In this document: in pieces, positions 18,832 through 27,858 of the stretch | Layout: every line of letters starts with the position of its first letter | How positions within the stretch are numbered: position 1 is the stretch's first letter | Source of the DNA: an uncultured Nitrososphaerales archaeon | GTDB lineage: Archaea; Thermoproteota; Nitrososphaeria; Nitrososphaerales; Gagatemarchaeaceae | DNA length: 64,000 nt | NCBI GenBank assembly: GCA_963706445.1 | Contig: OY970160.1 | Coordinates: 1,312,001 to 1,376,000 of the forward strand | Reading direction: 5' to 3' | Program-made: the position numbers and the translations under genes | Notes under the pieces: generated by a model | Seen by the model: only the letters and a program-made list of their open reading frames with translations | Told to the model about the DNA's origin: nothing | Database searches by the model: none

Positions 18832-19302
18832 TCAGCCTGTCTCCCTGGACCTCCTGAGGATGGTCATAGCCTCCTCAACGTGCCTGCCTGGGTTAAGCTG
18901 AGAGTTGAAGATGTGCCTCACGGTGCCGTTCGCGTCGATGACATAGGTCACCCTCCCGGGAAAAAGCCCCAAAGATGACGGGACGCCGTAGAGCTTACGC
19001 ACCTTCCCATCCTCGTCGCTGAGAATGGTGAACGGGATTTCGCACTTGGCGGCGAAGTCCCTGTGCGAGTCCACCGAATCTGAGCTCACTCCGATGACCT
19101 CGGCACCCATTTCCTTGAACGCTTCGTAGTGGTCGCGGAACGCCTTGGCTTCGGCTGTGCACCCGGGGGTGTTGTCTTTGGGATAGAAGTAGAGCACAAG
19201 CTCCTTCCGACCGATGTAGTCTGCCAGGTTCACGGTGCCTCCGGACTGCGAAAGGAGGGTGAACTCCGGTGCCCTGTCTCCGACCTTGACGCGTTCAGCC
19301 AA
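18832..19302 (-). CDS. bcp: Peroxiredoxin, BCP/PrxQ type
   Basis: LYFYPKDNTPGCT peroxidatic motif, GVSSD, RVTYVID. Confidence 0.95.
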   Translation of the reverse strand: MAERVKVGDRAPEFTLLSQSGGTVNLADYIGRKELVLYFYPKDNTPGCTAEAKAFRDHYEAFKEMGAEVIGVSSDSVDSHRDFAAKCEIPFTILSDEDGKVRKLYGVPSSLGLFPGRVTYVIDANGTVRHIFNSQLNPGRHVEEAMTILRRSRETG

Positions 19303-19362
19303 GCTATCAGTTCAACCGCCTGGAGCTGCTTGATTAATTTTCATGGGGGAGGCCGCCGTGCG

Positions 19363-19695
19363 CTAGCCCTTTCTGACCCTGACCACGGCGCCGCCGTCCC
19401 TGCCTATGGCATAGTACACCTTAGGATCCGAAATCCGGAGAATCTTGCTGACGCCGCCAATCTTCGCTTCCGCAACCAGATTATCGTCGCCCTCGATGAC
19501 CACGGAGACCAAGGACCCCTTCCTGACCTTCAGTCTGCCTGCCATCTCCGAATTGAGGTAGACACCTTCCCCCTTGTCGTCGAACTCGAGGTCCACCCTC
19601 CCCTCTTCGTAGGTCGTGGTGCCGATGAAACCATTCTTCGTCAGTGATGAAACGTCCACTACGAAGACGAGCTCGGCCAGGCTGGCTGAGGACAC
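19363..19695 (-). CDS. Hypothetical protein, possibly double-psi beta-barrel-like
   Basis: VYLNSEMAGRLKVRKGSLVSV resembles the DPBB repeat motif. Confidence 0.6.
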   Translation of the reverse strand: MSSASLAELVFVVDVSSLTKNGFIGTTTYEEGRVDLEFDDKGEGVYLNSEMAGRLKVRKGSLVSVVIEGDDNLVAEAKIGGVSKILRISDPKVYYAIGRDGGAVVRVRKG

Positions 19696-19696
19696 G

Positions 19697-19993
19697 CTAT
19701 GCTAGCTCCTTTTCTGGACCTTCATCTTCAGGGAGATCGATCGGCATCTCTTCCTCTATGATCTTCTCGCCCTGCTCCCCCGCTAAATCTTCGATCGGGT
19801 ACCAGTGATTATGTCCGTCAAGCTTCTGCATCTCCACTTCGCAGAACCCTATCAGCGTCCGTCCCGTCATCACTCCGGCCCGGGCACCGTCGTTGACGGC
19901 TACCTTCTGAACGGAGACCGACTCGTCCCCAAAAATGGCCTCTCGCTGCGCACTGACGAATACCTTGAGCCCCTTCGATGGTTTCAGTTCCAT
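19697..19993 (-). CDS. Hypothetical protein, possibly SH3-like barrel with an acidic tail
   Basis: 98 aa; beta-rich, WYPIEDL; 1 nt from the next gene. Confidence 0.65.
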   Translation of the reverse strand: MELKPSKGLKVFVSAQREAIFGDESVSVQKVAVNDGARAGVMTGRTLIGFCEVEMQKLDGHNHWYPIEDLAGEQGEKIIEEEMPIDLPEDEGPEKELA

Positions 19994-20019
19994 CGAGCAA
20001 GACGGGCCTCGCCCGATAA

Positions 20020-20343
20020 TTAAAGGCTCAGGCTTTGGATGTCGCGTAGAATTTTTCTTGTTTCCGTTGCTAGGTCTTCGAGTTTCGTGGGCTCCTTCCG
20101 CTTGAGCGCATAGGAGGTCGCTAACAGAGCGACCCCCGGCACCGCGGTGATGGGGTCAGGAGTCCCGACGATCAATGCGATCCCGGCCTTCTTCAGCGTG
20201 GAGCTCGGTGAATTCGGCTTAGATACGTTGTTGACATGCCTAACCAGATGTGAGGTCTTCGTGCTTTCCGCCACCTGGGTCTTCGAGTCGTTCAGTCTTG
20301 AGAGTGATTCGGCTACGGAGCGGACTATGTGCTTCTCTTCCAT
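20020..20343 (-). CDS. Hypothetical protein with a hydrophobic PDPIT hairpin
   Basis: GIALIVGTPDPITAVPGVALL segment flanked by helices. Confidence 0.65.
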   Translation of the reverse strand: MEEKHIVRSVAESLSRLNDSKTQVAESTKTSHLVRHVNNVSKPNSPSSTLKKAGIALIVGTPDPITAVPGVALLATSYALKRKEPTKLEDLATETRKILRDIQSLSL

Positions 20344-20443
20344 CGGACATCCCATGGGTCCGCGACGTTTAGGTTAATGGCCGGAGTCAAAGGTAGTTGC
20401 CTCTTCGCTAAGTAAATATGAAGGCCGTATCGAGTTTCATGTT

Positions 20444-20761
20444 ATGCCGAAGCGCCTTACCGACGGAGAAATCTCGAAGCGGCTCAAATCGCTCAAAGGC
20501 TGGAGCCATAAGGGGCGATTCATCACCAAGACCTTCGAGTTCGACGAATTCATGGAAGGCATCGCCTTCATCAGGAGGGTGGCCCGGGTCGCGGAGGCTC
20601 AGGAGCATCACCCTGACATTCATGTCAGGTACACGTCGATAACCCTCTCAGTGCAGACCCATTCGGAAGGAGGGGTGACGGAGTGGGACTTCGATCTCGC
20701 AAAGACCATCGAGAAGATGCTGAATGATTCCAGGAGATCCTCCCATGGCAAGCGCGGATAG
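20444..20761 (+). CDS. phhB: Pterin-4-alpha-carbinolamine dehydratase
   Basis: AE..EHHPD, THSEGGVT..DFDLA. Confidence 0.92.
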   Translation: MPKRLTDGEISKRLKSLKGWSHKGRFITKTFEFDEFMEGIAFIRRVARVAEAQEHHPDIHVRYTSITLSVQTHSEGGVTEWDFDLAKTIEKMLNDSRRSSHGKRG

Positions 20762-22655
20762 AAGGCTCGCCGCCATCATGTTCACCGATGTCGTGGGCTA
20801 CACCAGGATGTCGCAGGCGAGGGAGTCCCTCGCCCTGGAACTCCTTGAGGAGCACCGAAGAATCGTCCGACCTCTCCTTGGAAAGCATGGCGGGATTGAG
20901 GTCAAGACAATCGGAGATGCTTTTCTGGTCGAGTTCAAGAGCGCCTTGGACGCAGTCCTTTGTGCGGTGGAGATCCAAAACGCGATGGCTGCGCGCAATT
21001 CGAATGCCCCACAGGAGAGGAAGATCGAGGCCAGGATAGGAATCCACCTTGGAGATGTAGTGCACGAATCGCAGGATGTCTACGGAGACGCAGTAAACCT
21101 CGCGTCTCGTATCGAACAGCTATCCCGACCTGGGGGAGTCTGCATCACCAGGCAGGTGTACGATAGCATACGGAATAAGTCGGACATTGGATTCGTCGAG
21201 ATGGGAGAGGTAGAGCTAAAGAACGTCGAACTTCCCATGAAGGTCTACAGGGTAGAAATGGAGAGGAACTCGTCCAGAGCCAGCGGTTCTCAGGCCCCGA
21301 GGGAAAGGTTGGCCGTCCTGCCGTTCGTCAACATAAGCCCCGACCCCAATGATGAATACTTCGCTGATGGCCTTACTGAAGAGTTGATCACGAAGCTGTC
21401 GGAGGTCAAGGGGCTGAAGGTCATCGCTCGGACTTCCGTGATGAACTACAAGAAGAAAGAGAAGAACGTGTCTCAGATCGGGCGCGAGCTCGAGGTCGGC
21501 TCCATAATCGAGGGGAGCGTCAGGAAGGCTGGCAACAAAATCCGCGTGACCGTCCAGCTCATAGATTCACGGACCGAAGAGCACCTATGGGCTTCGAATT
21601 ATGACAGCCAGCTGGACGACATCTTTGCAATTCAGAGCGACGTCGCGGCCAGGGTTGCCAACTCTGTATCGGTGGGATTCTTTCCGGCCAAGCGTACCGA
21701 CACCGAAGATGTCGATGCCTACACCATGTACATCAAGGCGACTCAGCTCACTCACTCAGGGGGGAGAACTCCGTTGAAGGAGGCAGTCGTCCTATTCGAC
21801 AAGGCCATCGAGAGAGACCATAACTTCGTCAGGGCATACGCTGGTCTTAGCGGGGCCTGGCTCAGATTGGCCACGGGGGGATACGAAAACTACGACGTGG
21901 TAACGCTCAGAGCAGAACCCGCGGCCAGGAAGGCCCTTGAGCTCGACCCGGGCTCCGCCGAGGCCCATGCGGCAATGGCAGGCGTGTGCAACGTCCTCGA
22001 CAGGTTCGACCAGGTCCTCGTCGAAGCCGAACAGGCAATAAAGACAAACCCAAACCTCGCCGACGCGTATCATTCCATCGGAATCTACTATGCTAGCATG
22101 GGAAAGTTTCCGCAATCGTTAGCGGCCTTCGAGAAAGCGCTTGAGCTGGACCCCCTTGCTGTCTTTACTGCGGACCTCGCGGCCAGGACTGCTCGTGTGG
22201 CAGGAAAGGTGGAGTGGGCTCTGGCGACTCTAGAGAAGATGGACACGCTGACCCCCATGAACCCAAGAATAATCAACGGGCTCGCAGAGATTTGCATGGT
22301 GAGGGGGGACTTCGCCATGGCGCAGGAGCTTATCACAAAAGGCCTTGGAATTAGCCCCACCGAACCTCTGTTGAGGCTGAATCAAGGGCTTGTCTATGCC
22401 CTCACGGGAAGAAGGGAGGAGGCTGAAAGATCGATGAAAGAGATAATGACTGACAATAGCGAAGCCGTTCGCATCTACGGGCAGCTCTTCATTCAATCTG
22501 CCTTGGGCAATCTCGACGAGGCGTTCAGGGCGTTAGACAGGGCAGCTGAACTCCATTCTTGGCCGTACCTCATAGCATCGCTTCCCATATTCGCGGAGCT
22601 TCGGAAGGACTCTCGATACTCGCGCTTCGCCTCAAAGATGGGGCTCCCTACGTAG
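20745..22655 (+). CDS. Class III adenylate/guanylate cyclase with TolB-N-like and TPR domains
   Basis: IMFTDVVGYT, VKTIGDA, RIGIHLGDV, GDAVNLASR; AVLPF…EYFADGLTEE; TPR repeats. Confidence 0.93.
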   Translation: MASADRRLAAIMFTDVVGYTRMSQARESLALELLEEHRRIVRPLLGKHGGIEVKTIGDAFLVEFKSALDAVLCAVEIQNAMAARNSNAPQERKIEARIGIHLGDVVHESQDVYGDAVNLASRIEQLSRPGGVCITRQVYDSIRNKSDIGFVEMGEVELKNVELPMKVYRVEMERNSSRASGSQAPRERLAVLPFVNISPDPNDEYFADGLTEELITKLSEVKGLKVIARTSVMNYKKKEKNVSQIGRELEVGSIIEGSVRKAGNKIRVTVQLIDSRTEEHLWASNYDSQLDDIFAIQSDVAARVANSVSVGFFPAKRTDTEDVDAYTMYIKATQLTHSGGRTPLKEAVVLFDKAIERDHNFVRAYAGLSGAWLRLATGGYENYDVVTLRAEPAARKALELDPGSAEAHAAMAGVCNVLDRFDQVLVEAEQAIKTNPNLADAYHSIGIYYASMGKFPQSLAAFEKALELDPLAVFTADLAARTARVAGKVEWALATLEKMDTLTPMNPRIINGLAEICMVRGDFAMAQELITKGLGISPTEPLLRLNQGLVYALTGRREEAERSMKEIMTDNSEAVRIYGQLFIQSALGNLDEAFRALDRAAELHSWPYLIASLPIFAELRKDSRYSRFASKMGLPT

Positions 22656-22718
22656 AGGGCAACTCTCCGCGCAAAACTCATATACCCCAATTGGTTGTAT
22701 ACCGTTTAGTGATATAAC

Positions 22719-24389
22719 GTGTCTGCAACCGCATATCCAGCTATGACGTCGTCCGGACAACCCGTCCTCATCCTGAAGGAAGGGTCTAGCCAGAACAGGG
22801 GCAAAGAGGCCCAGAGAAACAACATTGCAGCTGCGAAGCTGATATCGGAGATTGTGAAGAGCTCCCTCGGCCCACGGGGCATGGACAAGATGCTCGTCGA
22901 CTCGTTGGGGGACGTCACCATTACAAACGACGGAGCGACCATGCTGAAGGAGATAGACGTCCAGCACCCGGCCGCCAAGATGCTTGTCGAGGTGTCGAAG
23001 ACCACGGACAACGAGGTGGGGGACGGGACGACCTCGGCCGTGGTACTCGCGGGCGCCCTGCTCGAGAAGGCAGAAGAGCTCCTCGACAAGGACGTACACC
23101 CGACAGTTATCGTAGACGGTTATTCGAAGGCCGCAAGGAAGGCTATAGAGACATTGGAAGACATCGCAGAGAAGGTCAGCCCTGACAACAAGGAATGGCT
23201 GGTGAAGGTCGCACGGACGAGCATGCAGACGAAGCTCGTTTCCCGGGAGGCCGAGGAACTCGCCGAGCTCGTTGTCGACGCGACACTCGCAGTGGCAGAG
23301 AAGGCTGACAAGGGCTACAGGGTTGACATCGACAACGTGAAAGTGGAGAAGAAGCCCGGAGGCTCCCTGAAGGATACCACCCTGATTCAAGGCATAGTCC
23401 TGGACAAGGAAGTCGTCCACTCTGGGATGCCAAAGTTGGTAGAGAAGGCGAAGATCGCACTTATCAGCGCCCCCTTCGAAATCGAGAAGACCGAGTTCGA
23501 CGCCAAGCTGAACATCAACGACCCGTCCATGATGAAGAAGTTCCTGGACGAGGAGACCAAGATGTTGAAGGGGATGGTCGACAAGATAGGAGAGGTCGGA
23601 GCCACCGTTGTCGTCTGCCAGAAGGGCATAGACGACATCGCTCAGCACTACCTGTCGAAGGCTGGAATCCTGTCGGTCCGCAGGGCCAAGGAGTCTGACA
23701 TGACCAAGCTCGCAAAGGCGACAGGCGCGAGGGTGGTCAACAACTTCGAGGACCTTTCCACCTCTGACCTGGGCTATGCCGCCCACGTCGAAGAGAGGAA
23801 GGTCGAGGAGGACAAGTGGGTCTTCATCGAAGGGTGCAAGAACCCGAAGGCTGTCACCATCCTCGTGAGGGGAGGGACGCAGCGCATCGTTGACGAAGGC
23901 GAGAGGTCGCTGCACGACGCCCTTATGGTGACGAAGGACGTGATAGAGAAGCCAGCAGTAGTCGCGGGAGGGGGAGCGGCCGAAGCTGAAGCGGCGGCTC
24001 AGGTCCTGAAGTGGGCCGATAAGCTGTCCGGCAGAGAGCAGCTGGCGGCGCAGAAGTTCGCCGAGGCGCTCGAATCCATACCCATCGCGCTCGCCTTGAA
24101 CGCAGGCATGGACCCCATCGACGCCCAGGTGGAGTTCAGAGCAAAGCATGCCACCGAGAGCGGGAAGTGGTTTGGAATCGAGGCAGCTGACGGCAAGGTC
24201 AAGGACATGTATCAGCGCCAGGTCTTTGAGCCGCTGGCCGTGAAGATACAGGTCATCAGATCGGCCACCGAGGCCGCATCAATGATACTGAGGATCGACG
24301 ACGTCATCGCCGCAGGGAAATCGAAGGCGCCTGCCGGGCCGCCCGGAGGGGGAGGCATGGGCGGCGAAGGCGGCGGAGACTTCGACTAG
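22719..24389 (+). CDS. ths: Thermosome subunit (group II chaperonin)
   Basis: LGPRGMDKML, TNDGAT, GDGTT, LRIDD, GGM-rich tail. Confidence 0.98.
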   Translation: MSATAYPAMTSSGQPVLILKEGSSQNRGKEAQRNNIAAAKLISEIVKSSLGPRGMDKMLVDSLGDVTITNDGATMLKEIDVQHPAAKMLVEVSKTTDNEVGDGTTSAVVLAGALLEKAEELLDKDVHPTVIVDGYSKAARKAIETLEDIAEKVSPDNKEWLVKVARTSMQTKLVSREAEELAELVVDATLAVAEKADKGYRVDIDNVKVEKKPGGSLKDTTLIQGIVLDKEVVHSGMPKLVEKAKIALISAPFEIEKTEFDAKLNINDPSMMKKFLDEETKMLKGMVDKIGEVGATVVVCQKGIDDIAQHYLSKAGILSVRRAKESDMTKLAKATGARVVNNFEDLSTSDLGYAAHVEERKVEEDKWVFIEGCKNPKAVTILVRGGTQRIVDEGERSLHDALMVTKDVIEKPAVVAGGGAAEAEAAAQVLKWADKLSGREQLAAQKFAEALESIPIALALNAGMDPIDAQVEFRAKHATESGKWFGIEAADGKVKDMYQRQVFEPLAVKIQVIRSATEAASMILRIDDVIAAGKSKAPAGPPGGGGMGGEGGGDFD

Positions 24390-24496
24390 AGCCTGCATCA
24401 TTACACAGAATCTGACCCGGCTGCGATCACCTCTGCTGGAGGAGATCCCATGTATGGCTCCAATTGTTATATACGCTCAGGAGGGTTTCGCGAGCT

Positions 24497-25081
24497 ATGC
24501 AGACGGAGCAGACCCACGAGACGGCAGGGAAGATACTCCAAGTAGCCTCGAAGATGTTCGCCGAGAAGGGCTTCGCCAACGTGTCCGTGCGCGACATCTG
24601 CCGAGAGACTGGGACCACGGCCCCGGTCATCTACTACTACTTCGGGAGCAAGAGGGGTCTCTTCGACGCCGTGGCCCGCAAGCAGATATCCATGGAGGAC
24701 TTCATCGCCAAGCTTACGAAGGCGTCAGGCTCGGCCGACCCCAAGAAGGGGCTGGAGGCGTTCATCTCGACGTACCTTTCCAACTTCCCAGAGCACACCT
24801 TCGACATCGGTCTCTACATGCGTGACTCCGCGACTTTGGACAAGCATAGCGCCCAGATCGTCTCCGACGACCTCGACAAGATCAGGACCATGGCCGTCGA
24901 GTTGGTCGACAGGGCCATGACCAAGCGGGTTTTCAGGAGAACCGACTCGAAGCTGGCTACAGACTGTCTCCTGGGGATGCTGAACCGGGTGATTTTCCAG
25001 CACATCCATTTCGCCAAGACCTCAGACAGGGAAGAGTACAGCCGTTTCGTGGCCGATTTCTTCTTCAGGGCGATGAAGTAG
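24497..25081 (+). CDS. TetR/AcrR-family regulator
   Basis: F.EKGF..VSVRDIC…IYYYFGSK.GLF. Confidence 0.92.
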   Translation: MQTEQTHETAGKILQVASKMFAEKGFANVSVRDICRETGTTAPVIYYYFGSKRGLFDAVARKQISMEDFIAKLTKASGSADPKKGLEAFISTYLSNFPEHTFDIGLYMRDSATLDKHSAQIVSDDLDKIRTMAVELVDRAMTKRVFRRTDSKLATDCLLGMLNRVIFQHIHFAKTSDREEYSRFVADFFFRAMK

Positions 25082-25085
25082 CCTA

Positions 25086-25490
25086 CTAAAGCCCTGAGAC
25101 GACCCTCTCTGGGCTGATCTCGATGGTCGCCCTGGGCTGCTTCCAATAGCGCTCACGGGCCGCCTTCTTTCCAGCCGCCTCCCCGGTGTACCGGATCGCG
25201 AGTGTCTCGATGTCCTTCTTGCCGTCCCTCTCAGTGGCTATTCGCGCCGTGCCGAACAAGATCAGGTATGGGTAGGCGTCATCGACGAGGAAGCAGACCC
25301 TGTTGTCCCGTTTGATATTGAAGTATTTCACCCTCGCCGTCGTGGTGTTGATGATTATCTTCCCTTTCTCGAGCATAAACCAGATGGGGGTGACGTGGGG
25401 AGAGCCGTCCTTCATCGTTGTCGCTATCTTCCCGAAGTGCTTCTCCTTGAGGAAGGCTTCCATCTTCGGGGTCAGTTTCACCATGCTCAT
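25086..25490 (-). CDS. PPOX-class putative F420-dependent oxidoreductase
   Basis: IAT..KDGSPHVTPIW…R.K..NI.RD.RV. Confidence 0.88.
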   Translation of the reverse strand: MSMVKLTPKMEAFLKEKHFGKIATTMKDGSPHVTPIWFMLEKGKIIINTTTARVKYFNIKRDNRVCFLVDDAYPYLILFGTARIATERDGKKDIETLAIRYTGEAAGKKAARERYWKQPRATIEISPERVVSGL

Positions 25491-25505
25491 CCTAACCCTC
25501 GGTCT

Positions 25506-27167
25506 CTACTGCAACTTCGCGGCGTAGGCCTTCAGCATCTTCGTGTACATGCTCCTGGGCGGGAACCCGATGCTGCAGAGGTATGTGGAGAACTTCACCC
25601 TCTTCTTGGGGTCCTTTATCCTCCGCTCAATGGCTCTGATCTCTTGGCCGACAACAGCGTAGCTCGTCGCGTATCCAGGGAAGCCCCCCTCGTGCGCCGG
25701 GAAGAGCTGGAAGTACACGCTGCTCCTCGGGACCCCCGTGTACTCGTTGGCCCAGTCGACGAACTCCAGCAGGGTCTTCTTGCCGGTGTTGACCCACACG
25801 TCCCCCACAACCCTCAGGAACCTGGTGATCCTCCAGCGCCTGGTCATGAACTCGAGTTCGAGGTTCACCTGCTTGAGCCCTCCGTATTTCTCCATCAGCT
25901 TGACGTAGGCCTTCTCGACGGTGGTCAGCCTCTTCTTCGTTTCGAGCCCCTTGGAGACCTCGAAGAACTCGAGTTCCCTGTTGAACGACAGTCCTTCGGT
26001 TATGGGGGCGCTGTTGAGAGTGGCGGCCATCATCTGGAGCATCGGAAGCTCGCCCACGAACTCGAGGGCGCTGTTGGAGTGATGTACGCAGTGGCCGTAC
26101 TCCTCGTGGACCAAGAGGTCGATCAGTGCGGCGACTGATTTGTCCGGGTCTCTCTTGGGGTCGGTGGTCTGGAAGAAGACCTGGAAGGGCCTCTTGGTGT
26201 ACGTGTCGAAGAACTGGGCAGCCCCCGTAGGCATCGTCCCCGTCAGATATGGAGGGGTCTCGATGACCCTGGTGTTGTACTTCGGGTTTATCCTGTTGAC
26301 ATCTTCGTTGACCAGCCGCTGAATTACCCGCCTGATCCCGAGCGTGACTGCGACCAGCTTCTTCGGATCGAGGTCGTTCCTTTCGATGATTCTTTCTTCG
26401 ACCTCCTCCGGGGCCGGCTTGCACTTGAACTGCTTTGCGAGCGTCCCAGCAACCTTTCTGAACTTGGGGAGCTCTTCGTCGATCCACCCCATCGCCTTCG
26501 TTTCGAGCTGCTCTGGGGTCTCGCTGTAGTCGAACCCTTTCTTCAGTGCGATCGGGTAGAACTTCTGCCTCCCAAGGTCGAAACCTTTCTCTTTGAATAT
26601 CCTCTCGACGTTGGGGAACTCCCCCTTCCCCCACCCCTCTAGCTCGAAGAGCTTGACGTAGTCCGAGACCTTCGCCTTTAGGGAGTCGGCCGCGTCCTTG
26701 ACTTCCGCGCTCTTACTTTCGCTCTTCACGGTGTCGAGTATCTCTAGTACCCCGTCCAGGCGATAGAGGGTGAGCGCCTTGACTGCCACTGGTATCTTCT
26801 TCCTGGAATAGCGCGCCTTGCAGGCGTCCACGTCCTTGATCGCATATTTGAGAAGCGAGAGCAGGTGTCTGTCGTTCACACCCTCCTTGGCCAGGTGGAC
26901 GAAGATGGTCCCGACGATGTCGTCCAGGACGGGTTGCGGTTCGTCGAAGAGTATGCCTGTCTCCATCGAGTCCAGGACCTTCTTCTGCAGCTCAGTCTTA
27001 GCCTTCCTTCTCAGAGCCCGTACCTTCTTCAGGGCCGCGTCGATGTTCGCCTGTGATGCGATGAAAAGCTTCCCTGCATAGTCGTTGAAACCCATCAAGT
27101 ATGCTCCCGAGGGGCTTACCTCCTTCAGAAAGTCCATGATCTGGTTGTCGAGAGGGTCAGAAATCAT
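25506..27167 (-). CDS. DUF885-like putative zinc metallopeptidase
   Basis: HEEYGH motif, downstream TEG, PGYATSY..G C-terminal motif. Confidence 0.7.
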   Translation of the reverse strand: MISDPLDNQIMDFLKEVSPSGAYLMGFNDYAGKLFIASQANIDAALKKVRALRRKAKTELQKKVLDSMETGILFDEPQPVLDDIVGTIFVHLAKEGVNDRHLLSLLKYAIKDVDACKARYSRKKIPVAVKALTLYRLDGVLEILDTVKSESKSAEVKDAADSLKAKVSDYVKLFELEGWGKGEFPNVERIFKEKGFDLGRQKFYPIALKKGFDYSETPEQLETKAMGWIDEELPKFRKVAGTLAKQFKCKPAPEEVEERIIERNDLDPKKLVAVTLGIRRVIQRLVNEDVNRINPKYNTRVIETPPYLTGTMPTGAAQFFDTYTKRPFQVFFQTTDPKRDPDKSVAALIDLLVHEEYGHCVHHSNSALEFVGELPMLQMMAATLNSAPITEGLSFNRELEFFEVSKGLETKKRLTTVEKAYVKLMEKYGGLKQVNLELEFMTRRWRITRFLRVVGDVWVNTGKKTLLEFVDWANEYTGVPRSSVYFQLFPAHEGGFPGYATSYAVVGQEIRAIERRIKDPKKRVKFSTYLCSIGFPPRSMYTKMLKAYAAKLQ

Positions 27168-27266
27168 GGCCAGGCGTGTTCACTGTGGGTTATTTCTAGT
27201 TCGCGGATGCGCTCTTCCTCGACCATCGGAATCCTTTAGGTAAACGCCAGCCCTGCTTCTGACCGA

Positions 27267-27851
27267 TTGGCATCCTTCGCCACCAAGGAGCTTTCGAAGA
27301 GGACCTGGTCCGACTTTGAGAAGCTATTCAGAGAGCCTGGCGAATGGGGAGCCTGCTGGTGCGTCTACTATCAGCGCCCCAGACCCTTGTCCAAGACCGT
27401 GACCGCCCACCTGAACCTAGACCAGCGGGCCGCCCGGAACCGCAGAGACAAGAAAGCCATGGTCGATAAGGGGTGCGCACATGGGATCCTGGTGTATTCC
27501 GGGAGGGAGCCGGTGGGTTGGTGCCAATACGGTCCCAAGGAGGAGCTGCCCCGGATCGACGCCGGAAGGAAATACCGCAACCTTGGTTCGAGCCTGGACG
27601 AGAAACTCTGGAGGATAACCTGTTTCTGCGTGGACCGGACCTACAGGAACCAGGAAGTGGCACGCGTCAGCCTAGATGCGGCCCTGGAGTCGATAAAGAA
27701 AAGGGGCGGAGGGACTGTCGAGGCATTCCCGGTCACCCGCAGGGGCGCCCTGGCATCCTGGTTTGGAACAGAATCCATGTTCAGGGAGAGAGGATTCGAG
27801 GTCGTGGCCCCCTTCGGGAAGAGCAACGTCCTGATGAGACGAAGAATCTGA
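27267..27851 (+). CDS. GNAT acetyltransferase
   Basis: CWC, PVGWCQYGP, WRITCF.V…YR, VEAFP, GF. Confidence 0.88.
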   Translation: MASFATKELSKRTWSDFEKLFREPGEWGACWCVYYQRPRPLSKTVTAHLNLDQRAARNRRDKKAMVDKGCAHGILVYSGREPVGWCQYGPKEELPRIDAGRKYRNLGSSLDEKLWRITCFCVDRTYRNQEVARVSLDAALESIKKRGGGTVEAFPVTRRGALASWFGTESMFRERGFEVVAPFGKSNVLMRRRI

Positions 27852-27858
27852 TCGGCGC

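Noticed and set aside
22632-24149. 505-aa antisense ORF over the thermosome, and the many similar shadow ORFs in the track
   Set aside because: They fully overlap well-supported genes, lack motifs, and are expected from high GC3 codon bias
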